NCBI GenBank assembly: GCA_964016885.1
Contig: CAXHJY010000264.1
Location: 372,001-436,000 of the forward strand
DNA from: Eledone cirrhosa
Taxonomy: Eukaryota
Direction of reading: 5' to 3'
DNA length: 64,000 bases
The notes under the pieces were generated by a model. The model was not told the DNA's origin and made no database searches. It saw only the letters and a program-made list of their open reading frames with translations. The position numbers and the translations under genes are program-made. Each line of letters starts with the position of its first letter. The stretch's first letter is position 1. Positions 13,580 through 23,800 of this stretch are shown piece by piece.

Positions 13580-15584
13580 TTTACCCAATTATTCCTGAGA
13601 GGGTTGTGGGGGCAGAGTCCTCAAACACTCCTTCCAGCAGGTCCTGTCAGAAGCAAACATCTCAAACTGATCTGGCTGGATTCCCAAGCGAGACCAGCCA
13701 AGCTGATGGATGTTATCCAACCATCTTCCCGAGGGACTACCGTTGGTTTGCCTGAAAAATCTGTCCAGAGATTCTTTCCTGAGACATTCTAACTACATGT
13801 CTGTAGTATCAGAGCTGTGATCTCTCAATCCAGTGATTCTTTCCTGAGACATTCTAACCACATGTCTGTAGTATCAGAGTTGTGATCTCTCAATCCAGAG
13901 ATTCTCTCCTGAGACATTCTAACCACATGTCTGTAGTATCAGAGCTGTGATCTCTCAATCCAGTGATTCTTTCCTGAGACATTCTAACCACATGTCTGTA
14001 GTATCAGAGCTGTGATCTCTCAATCCAGAGATTCTTTCCTGAGACATTCTAACCACATGTCTGTAGTATCAGAGCTGTGATCTCTCAATCCAGTGATTCT
14101 TTCCTGAGACATTCTAACCACATGTCTGTAGTATCAGAGCTGTGATCTCTCAATCCAGTGATTCTTTCCTGAGACATTCTATCCACATGTCTGTAGTATC
14201 AGAGTTGTGATCTCTCAATCCAGAGATTCTTTCCTGAGACATTCTAACCACATGTCTGTAGTATCAGAGCTGTGATCTCTCAATCCAGTGATTCTTTCCT
14301 GAGACATTCTAACCACATGTCTGTAGTATCAGAGCTGTGATCTCTCAATCCAGTGATTCTTTCCTGAGACATTCTATCCACATGTCTGTAGTATCAGAGT
14401 TGTGATCTCTCAATCCAGAGATTCTTTCCTGAGACATTCTAACCACATGTCTGTAGTATCAGAGCTGTGATCTCTCAATTCAGTGATTCTTTCCTGAGAC
14501 ATTCTAACCACATGTCTGTAGTATCAGAGCTGTGATCTCTCAATCCAGAGATTCTCTCCTGAGACATTCTAACCACATGTCTGTAGTATCAGAGCTGTGA
14601 TCTCTCAATCCAGAGATTCTCTCCTGAGACATTCTAACCACATGTCTGTAGTATCAGAGCTGTGATCTCTCAATCCAGTGATTCTTTCCTGAGACATTCT
14701 AACCACATGTCTGTAGTATCAGAGCTGTGATCTCTCAATCCAGAGATTCTTTCCTGAGACATTCTAACCACATGTCTGTAGTATCAGAGCTGTGATCTCT
14801 CAATCCAGTGATTCTTTCCTGAGACATTCTATCCACATGTCTGTAGTATCAGAGTTGTGATCTCTCAATCCAGAGATTCTTTCCTGAGACATTCTAACCA
14901 CATGTCTGTAGTATCAGAGCTGTGATCTCTCAATCCAGTGATTCTTTCCTGAGACATTCTAACCACATGTCTGTAGTATCAGAGCTGTGATCTCTCAATC
15001 CAGTGATTCTTTCCTGAGACATTCTATCCACATGTCTGTAGTATCAGAGTTGTGATCTCTCAATCCAGAGATTCTTTCCTGAGACATTCTAACCACATGT
15101 CTGTAGTATCAGAGCTGTGATCTCTCAATCCAGTGATTCTTTCCTGAGACATTCTAACCACATGTCTGTAGTATCAGAGCTGTGATCTCTCAATCCAGTG
15201 ATTCTTTCCTGAGACATTCTATCCACATGTCTGTAGTATCAGAGTTGTGATCTCTCAATCCAGAGATTCTTTCCTGAGACATTCTAACCACATGTCTGTA
15301 GTATCAGAGCTGTGATCTCTCAATTTGAAGTAGTAGCTCTATTCGGAGTGACTCCTTGATCTTTGAGATATGCACTTTATTGAGTAACGTTACTCCAAAG
15401 AACCTTCGGAGTAAGCCTATTACGGCCACTTGTATTCGCGATTGTATTCTTTTGGTCATTACCCAAGATTCATGACAATAGGTAAGGGTTGGCACAAATA
15501 CTGAATTGAAGATAGCGAGTTTGGCTTTTACACCTACCTCCCTTTTTCTGATTACTGAATGTCGAAGCTGGTGTATTACTGGCA
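13580..15584 (-). mobile_element. RTE-clade LINE (family B) ORF2 C-terminal part, containing satellite C
   Basis: 15304-15584 reads VIHQLRHSVIRKREVGVKAKLAIFNSVFVPTLTYCHESWVMT...IERSQL. After the array it continues RMSQERISGQIFQA at 13745-13790. Confidence 0.85.
13765..15324. repeat. Satellite C: exactly 24 x 65 bp, with a 195-bp trimer sub-period
   Basis: Monomer CCAG(A/T)GATTCTTTCCTGAGACATTCTAACCACATGTCTGTAGTATCAGAGCTGTGATCTCTCAAT; 1560 bp = 24 x 65. CTATCC variant at 14181, 14376, 14831, 15026, 15221. Confidence 0.97.
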
Positions 15585-16443
15585 GGTCCAGGAAGAGGTA
15601 TGTAGATACTATTATATCCAAATTCAGAGAACTCCCCATGCAAACTGAGGACGTTGATACAGTGGAGATTGTTTAGCTCAGCTGATTCTGCTCCAGCTGT
15701 TAAATGTTGCAGGAAAAAGAGGCTTGGTTCAATCAAGAAGTCAAAGATGCCATCCGAGCAAAGAAGGAGGCTTACAAAGCTTTGTTTGAAAATAAGTCCT
15801 TCTTGCACAATCAGGCACAAAAAATCGCAGCAGAGACAGTAAAGGTGTCTAAAGTTAAGACACGGGAAGACTTTGGGGTTAAGCTGGAATCTGACTTCAG
15901 ATCAGCAAATAAAGTGTTCTGGCAGACCATCAACTGACTTCGTAATAAGAAGCCTTTCTTCACACCTGCTATCAGGATTGTATCTGAGGTTCCCCTCTCT
16001 TCAGAGAGGTGTATCCTCGCAAGATGGAGAGAATATTTTGCTGATCTCCTAAATCCGATCAAAACAGCATCTTTGGATATACAGGAGGTGCATCTGAGAG
16101 TGGTGACTGATCTCTCAGAGGCTGAGGTCATAATGTGGCAAGACCACTGAGATGTTAAAAGCCTTAAATAGAGAAAGTATTCTCTGGCTGACTCATATGT
16201 TTGGTGGCCTGGATCTCTGGAAGGGCACGTAACTAATGGCAATTGGGAGTGATAATCCCAATTTTCAAAAAGGGAGACAAGAAAGATTGTTCCAATTACA
16301 GAGGGATCTCATTATTAAGCCTTCCCAGTAAATTCTATGTAAGTGTCTAGCAAAGATGCAGGGAGATTGTTGAGTGCAGACTAGCTGACAAACAGTGTGG
16401 TTTTTGCCCCGGATGCAGCACAGCTGACCAAATATTCACACTG
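15585..16443 (+). mobile_element. RTE-clade LINE ORF2 linker and RT N-terminal fragment, inverted relative to the adjacent copy
   Basis: Frameshifted translation WFNQEVKDAIRAKKEAYKAL...DFRSANKVFWQTI...WREYFADLLNP...IIPIFKKGDKKDCSNYRGISLLS...QCGFCPGCSTADQIFTL. Confidence 0.85.
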
Positions 16444-16444
16444 G

Positions 16445-16640
16445 ATCCTTCATGGGATTGGAAAATGTTTATTTCATTGAAACACTTTCTACCAACTATC
16501 CCTGTACATCTATTACAAAATTTACTGTTCCTGTTTGCCTGCCTTTTATCCACTACACCTCTTGTGTATCTAAGATTTACATTATGCATATTATACATCC
16601 AACCCATGCAAGCAACGGATGTAAAAACGATGATGATGAT
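16445..16640. mobile_element. Small RTE debris: minus-strand Cys-rich segment plus a plus-strand RTE-type 3' tail
   Basis: Minus KFCNRCTGIV resembles GFICS*CTGAV in the 17060-18903 copy. CCAACCCATGCAAGCAACGGATGTAAAAACGATGATGATGAT resembles the tail at 20220-20283. Confidence 0.5.
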
Positions 16641-16641
16641 A

Positions 16642-16644
<3 letters not shown>

Positions 16645-16680
<36 letters not shown>
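16645..16680. repeat. (TA)n microsatellite
   Basis: Pure TA run of about 18 units. Confidence 0.95.
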
Positions 16681-16683
<3 letters not shown>

Positions 16684-16720
16684 GACACATACACACAAAT
16701 GTATATAGACACATACATAT

Positions 16721-17059
16721 GGAGGCACATGGCTTAGTGGTTAGAGCATTGGCCTTGCAATCGAAAGGTTGTGAGTTCAATTCTCAGACCGGGTGATGTG
16801 TTGTTTCCTTGAGCAAGACACTTTATTTCACATTGCTCCAGTTTACTCAGCTGTAGAAATGAGATGGTAGGGACTGGGGTCCCTATCATTCCACTGCAAA
16901 GTGGACGTGGAGGTGCCACGGCAAAAAAGCACCCAGCACTCACTGTAAATGAGGTTGGTGTTAGGAAGGGCATCCAGCTGTAGAAATCAAGCCAGAATCA
17001 GTTCCCGTCCCACCCTTGCAATCAGGGAAAAGTGGACGTGAAATAAAATGAATGATGAT
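16721..17059 (+). mobile_element. tRNA-derived SINE with an RTE-derived 3' tail
   Basis: A box TGGCTTAGTGG (16730-16740) and B box GAGTTCAATTC (16773-16783). The 3' part GGTTGGTGTTAGGAAGGGCATCCAGCTGTAGAAA is identical to the RTE 3' UTR near 20118-20151. Ends GGACGTGAAA...GATGAT. Confidence 0.88.
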
Positions 17060-18903
17060 ATCATCATTGTTTAACATCCATTTTCCATGCTAGCATGGGT
17101 TAGATGAGCTGTCACATTGTGAGACAAGCCATGTCGGAGGACCATGTTTTGCACACACAGAACTGATTTTGGCTTGGTTTCTATGGCTGGATGCCCTTCC
17201 TAACACTAACCTACTTGACCACTTTACAGTGTGGACTGGGTACTTTTGTTGTGACACCTACATGACCACTTTACAGTGTGGACTGGGTACTTTTGTTGTG
17301 ACACCTACATGACCACTTTACAGTGTGGACTGGGCGCTCATTGTTGTGACACCTACATGACCACTTTATAGTGTGGACTGGGTACTTTTTGTTGTGACAC
17401 CTACATGACCACTTTACAGTGTGGACTGGGCGCTCATTGTTGTGACACCTACATGACCACTTTACAGTGTGGACTGGGTACTTTTGTTGTGACACCTACA
17501 TGACCACTTTACAGTGTGGACTGGGTACTTTTTGTTGTGACACCTACATGACCACTTTACAGTGTGGACTGGGCGCTCATTGTTGTGACACCTACATGAC
17601 CACTTTACAGTGTGGACTGGGTACTTTTTGTTGTGACACCTACATGACCACTTTACAGTGTGGACTGGGCGCTCATTGTTGTGACACCTACATGACCACT
17701 TTACAGTGTGGACTGGGTACTTTTTGTTGTGACACCTACATGACCACTTTACAGTGTGGACTGGGCGCTCATTGTTGTGACACCTACATGACCACTTTAC
17801 AGTGTGGACTGGGTACTTTTTGTTGTGACACCTACTTGACTACCTTACATTGTGGACTGGGCATTCATTGTTGTGACACCTACATGACCACTTTACAGTG
17901 TGGACTGGGTACTTTTTGTTGTGACACCTACTTGACTACTTTACATTGTGGACTGGGCATTCATTGTTGTGCCACCAAGATTACCACTTTATAGTATGGA
18001 TTGGGGACTTGGATGGCGAGATGCATGGGAATTGAGGAGGTAGATCTAGGGGTGATGTGTTAGGACGTGTGTAGGAGGATTACAAGGTGGGAAGTGCTTG
18101 GGGGGCATGATGGGAAGGAAGATGATGTATACTGCATCTTCTGTATTACTACATAAAGCGAGAGAATACAGTCCTGTGTCATCACCTGTGAGAGGTACAA
18201 TTGCGCAAGATCAGCTTTTATCACCTCATCCCAAGTTCTTTTAGGTCTGCCCACTATACAGCTTCCATCAACTTTGAGCGCTTTGCACCTTTTTATACAG
18301 CTGTCATCTTTCATACGTATCACATATCCATACCAATGCAATCCCCTCTCCTGTACACTGCATCTGATCCCTCTTATGCCCAGTTTCTCTCTCAATTCAT
18401 TTAAGCTTTGCCATTCATGTATTGCACATCCATCGAAGCATGGAAGCTTTATTTCTTTCAAATCTTAGGTCCTCAGCACAAAGTGTCCAGCGGTATTAGC
18501 TCCCTGAACTTTCTCCAACCCGTTCTCACTCTGGCTACTGTACTTTCAGAATGCCCTCCTCCATTGCTAATTTGGTCATCCCGGTAACAAACTATCTACT
18601 ACTTCTACTTGCTATTTACTGCACCTGTGCATCAGCTGCATATAAAACCTATATTCTTTGATAGCCTGTCTGTGATCCCACTACATCTATGTACCTATGG
18701 CTTGCATTTGGGAGATAGGACAGGATTTTTACCTGCTCCTTTTTTGCACACTGAGCAAGGGGGAATATGGGCCCTGTTTTCCTTTCTACATACTAGGACT
18801 TTAGTTTTTGACAAGATCTTTTGATTCCAGGTCAGGTTTCCAGGTTTGGAATTTCTTCTCTAATTCAGCTATAAGGGTTAGGTCATCTGCATACAGGAAT
18901 TCC
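17060..18903 (-). mobile_element. RTE-clade LINE (family A), 5'-truncated at the YADD motif, internally deleted, containing satellite E in its 3' UTR
   Basis: Minus: EFLYADDLTLIAELEKKFQTWK, a Cys-rich PCSVCKKG...KCK..VHRCSGIT segment, ARVRTGWRKFREL, then ELREKLGIRGIRCSVQERGLHWYGYVIRMKDDSCIKRC...GRPKRTWDEVIK. (GAT)n tail at 17060. Confidence 0.9.
17211..17995. repeat. Satellite E: ~16 x 47-48 bp with an alternating dimer
   Basis: CTACATGACCACTTTACAGTGTGGACTGGG(TACTTTT/CGCTCAT)TGTTGTGACAC; the two variants mostly alternate. Confidence 0.96.
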
Positions 18904-18990
18904 TGTGTGTGTATATATATATATATAGAGAGAGAGAAATATATACACACACACACACACACACACAGGAATTCCTGTATGCAGATGACC
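18881..18990. repeat. Palindrome 1: perfect inverted arms around a TG/TA/GA/CA microsatellite
   Basis: GGTCATCTGCATACAGGAATTCCTGTGTGTG ... CACACACAGGAATTCCTGTATGCAGATGACC. Confidence 0.93.
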
Positions 18991-19150
18991 AGAAATAATA
19001 TCTAAGATATTATTTTAAGTTTAGTCAAATTATATGTGTGTATATATATATATATGGAATAGAATGAAACGAAATTTCATATATATATATATATACACAC
19101 ACACATATAATTTGATTAAACTTAAAATATCATCTTAGATATTATTTCTG
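18990..19150. repeat. Palindrome 2: ~50-bp inverted arms (about 3 mismatches) around a TG/TA...TA/CA microsatellite
   Basis: CAGAAATAATATCTAAGATATTATTTTAAGTTTAGTCAAATTATATGTGTG ... CACACATATAATTTGATTAAACTTAAAATATCATCTTAGATATTATTTCTG. Confidence 0.93.
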
Positions 19151-19539
19151 ACGATAAACTTTTGAACAAGTCTTCATTTATCACCATTTGGTATATAATT
19201 CTAGTTCAGTTGTTATAATCTAATATTTATTAATGAAACTTCTAATGATATAAACATAGCAACTTTGTTTCTCTTCACCCCATTCAAAATTTTCAAATAA
19301 ACTTCAAATTAAATTCTATTTGCCTACACCTGAGCTACCTATATACACATATATGTGTGTGAGTTTCCAATTTTTCATGACACTCACTTCACATTTGTAC
19401 ATACATCCCTATAAGCCCTCCACCAACACCAACCAGCTTATTATTGTCTTTTCAACATTAATTTTATAGTTTCTTCACTAAAGATGACATCACTTAATCA
19501 CCGCCTCCTATCATAAAACATTTCTTTCTCATTTGTAAA

Positions 19540-20250
19540 ATACGAAGCTTGCATGCTCCGCTGGATGTGTAATAGTAATATACGTGAACGGCAAAGCATA
19601 AACGAACTAAGGGAGAAATTAGGAATAAGAGGGATCAGATGTTGTTTACTCGAGAGAAGGCTACGTTGGTATGGTCACGTGATGCGCATGAAAGACGACA
19701 GCTGTATAAAAAAGTGCAGGGCAATAAAAATAGACGATAGCCACGGAGTAGGCAGACCTAGAAAAACCTGGGACGAGCTGATAAATTCCGACCTCACACA
19801 CTTACACCTCTCCAAGTCAATGTCACTGGACCGAGATCTTTGGCGCTACAGTCATACAGAAGACCCGCCTTACCTAAGTACAAAGTGAAACCTACTACAG
19901 TCAGTAGGCTCCTCTAACAAAAATACACCCCCGTCCCACTACCCCCCACCACATCCACACCACCCCCTTAAATGTAAAGTTATGTTGGTACCACAACATC
20001 CAGTCCGAAACAAATGAGGTCGTGTAGGTGTCACGACAAAAAAAACACACAGCCCACGCTGTAATGTGGCCGTGTAGGTAACACGGTAAAAACCTCCCAG
20101 CCCCACACTGTAAATGTGGTTGGTGTTAGGAAGGGCATCCAGCTGTAGAAAACCTGCCAGACAGTCCTATACGAGCAAGACAACCACTCTTGCCTCAAGT
20201 GGGACAATTCCCGTTCAGACCCATGCTAACGTGGAAAATGGACGTTAAAC

Positions 20251-20283
<33 letters not shown>
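19540..20283 (+). mobile_element. RTE-clade LINE (family A) 5'-truncated copy with complete 3' UTR and (GAT)n tail
   Basis: ORF 19553-19888 MLRWMCN...ELREKLGIRGIRCCLLERRLRWYGHVMRMKDDSCIKKC...GRPRKTWDELI. The 3' UTR has degenerate ~48-bp repeats and ends GGACGTTAAAC(GAT)n. Confidence 0.92.
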
Positions 20284-20537
20284 GTGTCACCAACATTTCA
20301 TTATCACTTTAATCTTATTTTGTCTCTTCACCAATGGTCTTTTAGGTCATTTAGGCCAACCCTGACCAACACAAAATATAACCACCAATATAATTCTCAC
20401 ACAATCTCCTTGTCATCAATATACCAGAAAAGACCAGTTTCACTATTGCCACCAAATGTCAGGACGGCCCCTAGAAAATTAAGGACTTACCAGAACTAAT
20501 ATCAATGTCTTACTGTAAAGATTTGAATTATTAAAGA

Positions 20538-20890
20538 ACTTTACAGTGTAGACAAGGGGATGGAGCGAGGAAGGTGCATAGGGATGGGAGATGTAGATCT
20601 AGTAGTGGCGTAGGAAGGTGGGTGAAGTGTGGGGTGTTAGGACAGGGGAGAGGTAGGTAGAGCAAAGTGGCGCACACAGAGTGTATGCTTCAACCTGTGC
20701 ATATGGGAAGTTGGGTTTTCTGTACGAATACATAACGCCAGAGATATGCCCTGTGTCATTGTCTTTGAGAGGTCCAATTGTGCAAGTTCAGCTTTTATCA
20801 CCTGATCCCAAGTCTTCCTATGCCTTCCTACTCTATAGCTTCCTTCAACTTTGAGTGTCCTGTTCCCTTTTATACTGCTGTCATCCTACA
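20538..20890 (-). mobile_element. RTE-clade LINE (family A) C-terminal part, contiguous with and founder of satellite D
   Basis: Minus translation out of the first monomer continues HVMCL*DDSSIKGNRTLKVEGSYRVGRHRKTWDQVIKAELAQLDLSKTMTQ, followed by a partial 3' UTR. Confidence 0.9.
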
Positions 20891-23800
20891 AACACATCAC
20901 ATGTCTATAGCAACACAGTCTCCTCTCCTATACACTACATCTAATTCCTCTTATACCTAGTTTCTCTTTCAGTCCATCCATACACATCACATGTCTATAC
21001 CAACAGTCTCCTCTCCTACACTATATCTGATTCCTCTTCTACCTAGTTTCTCTCTCAGTCCATCCATACACATCGCATATCTATACCAACACAGTCTCCT
21101 CTCATACACACTACATCTGATTCCTCTTATACCTAGTTTCTCTCTCCATCCATACACATCACATGTCTATACCAACAGAGTCTCCTCTCCTACATCTGAT
21201 TCCTATTATACCTAGTTTCTCTCTCAGTTCATCCATACACATCACATGTCTATACCAACAAAGTCTCCTCTCCTACACACTACATCTGATTCCTCTTATA
21301 CCTAGTTTCTCTCTTAGTTCATCCATACACATCACATGTCTATACCAACACAGTCTCCTCTCCTATACACTACATCTGATTCCTCTTATACCTAGTTTCT
21401 CTCTCAGTTCATCCATACACATTACATGTCTATACCAACAGTCTCCTCTCCTACACTCTACATCTGATTCCTCTTATACCTAGCTTCTCTCTCCATCCAT
21501 ACACATCACATGTCTGTACCAACACAGTCTAGTCTCCTACGCACTACATCTGATTCCTCTTATACCTAGTTTCTCTCTCAGTTCATCCATACACATCACA
21601 TGTCTATACCAACAGTCTCCTCTCCTACACACTACATCTGATTCCTCTTATACCTCGTTTCTCTCTCCAACCATACACATCACATGTCTATACCAACACA
21701 GTCTCCTCTCCTAAACACTACATCTGATTCCTCTTATACCTAGTTTCTCTCCCAGTTCATCCATACACATCACATGTCTATACCATCAGTCTCCTCTCCT
21801 ACACACTACATCTGATTCCTCTTATACCTAGTTTCTCTCTCAGTTCATCCATACACGTCACATGTCTATACCAACACAATCTCCTCTCCTACACGCTACA
21901 TCTGATTCCTCTTATACCTAGTTTCTCTCCTAGTTCATCCATATACATCACATGTCTATACCAACAGTCTCCTCTCCTACACACTACATCTGGTTCCTCT
22001 TATATCTAGTTTCTCTCTCTCTCCATCCATACACATCACATGTCTAAACCAACACAGTCTCCTCTGCTACACTCTATATCTGATTCCTCTAACACCCAGA
22101 TTCTCTCTCAGTCCATCCATACACATCACATGTCTATACCAACACAGTCTCCTCTCCTACACACGACATCTGATTCCTCTTATACCTAGTTTCTCTCTCA
22201 GTCCATCCATACACATCACATGTTATATACCAACACAGTCTCCTCTCATACACACTACATCTGATTCCTCTTATACCTAGTTTCTCTCTCAGTCCATCCA
22301 TACACATCACATGTCTATACCAACACAGTCTCCTCTCCTACACACTACATCTGATTCCTCTTATACCTAGTTTCTCTCCCAGTTCATCCATACACATTAC
22401 ATGTCTATACCAACACAGTCTCCTCTCCTACACACTACATCTGATTCCTTTTATACATAATTTCTCTCTCCATCCATACACATCACATGTCTATACCAAC
22501 ACAGTCTTCTCTCCTACACACTACATCTGATTCCTCTTAAACCTAGTTTCTCTCTCCATCCATACACATCACATGTCTATACCAACACAAACTCCTCTCC
22601 TACACACTACATCTGATTCCTCTCATACCTAGTTTCTCTCTCAGTCCATCCATACACATCACATCTCTATACCAACACAGTCTCCCCTCCTACACACAAC
22701 ATCTGATTCCTCTTATACCTAGTTTTTCTATCAGTTCATCCATACACATCACATGCCTATGCCAACACAGTCTCCTCTCCTACACACTACATCTGATTCC
22801 TCTTATACCTAGTTTCTCTCTCCATCCATACACATCACATGTCTATACCAACGCAGTCTCCTCTCCTACACACTACATCTGATTCCTCTTATACCTAGTT
22901 TCTCTCTCCATCCATACACATCACATGTCTATACCAACACTGTCTCCTCTCCTACACACTACATCTGATTCCTCTTATACCTAGTCTCTCTCTCAGTTCA
23001 TCCATACACATCACATGTCTATACCAACATAGTCTCCTCTCCTACACACTACATCTGATTCCTCTTATACCTAGTTTCTCTCTCCATCCATACACATCAC
23101 ATGTCTATACCAACACAGTCTCCTCTCCTACACACTACATCTGATTCCTCTCATACCTAGTTTCTCTCTCCATCCATACACATCACATGTCTATACCAAC
23201 ACTGTCTCCTCTCCTACACACTACATCTGATTCCTCTTATACCTAGTCTCTCTCTCAGTTCATCCATACACATCACATGTCTATACCAACATAGTCTCCT
23301 CTCCTACACACTACATCTGATTCCTCTTATACCTAGTTTCTCTCTCCATCCATACACATCACATGTCTATACCAACACAGTGTCCTCTGCTACACACTAC
23401 ATCTGATTCCTCTTATACCTAGTTTCTCTCTCAGTTCATCCATACACATTACATGTCTATACCAACAGTCTCCTCCCCTACACTCTACATCTGATTCCTC
23501 TTATACCTAGCTTCTCTCTCCATCCATACACATCACATGTCTATACCAACACAGTCTAGTCTCCTACGCACTACATCTGATTCCTCTTATACCTAGTTTC
23601 TCTCTCAGTTCATCCATACACATCACATGTCTATACCAACAGTCTCCTCTCCTACACACTACATCTGATTCCTCTTATACCTCGTTTCTCTCTCCAACCA
23701 TACACATCACATGTCTATACCAACACAGTCTCCTCTCCTAAACACTACATCTGATTCCTCTTATACCTAGTTTCTCTCCCAGTTCATCCATACACATCAC

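Noticed and set aside
16721-16793. Possible tRNA gene
   Set aside because: A and B boxes are present, but there is no good acceptor stem and the sequence runs into a SINE body and LINE-derived tail.
17467-17994. 175-aa Cys-rich repeat ORF (CCDTYMTTLQCGLGTF)n, metallothionein-like at first sight
   Set aside because: It is the antisense reading of a 48-bp tandem repeat in an RTE 3' UTR.
20491-20512. Possible 22-bp minus-strand microexon (tttacAG...CTG|GTAAGT)
   Set aside because: Splice-like signals are present but the peptide is not recognisably SRA1-like, and such matches arise by chance; RNA-seq would be needed.
20555-20665. G-rich tract as a possible G-quadruplex regulatory element
   Set aside because: It is part of the RTE-A 3' UTR (also near 18000-18120 and 19925-19970) with irregular G runs; nothing locus-specific.
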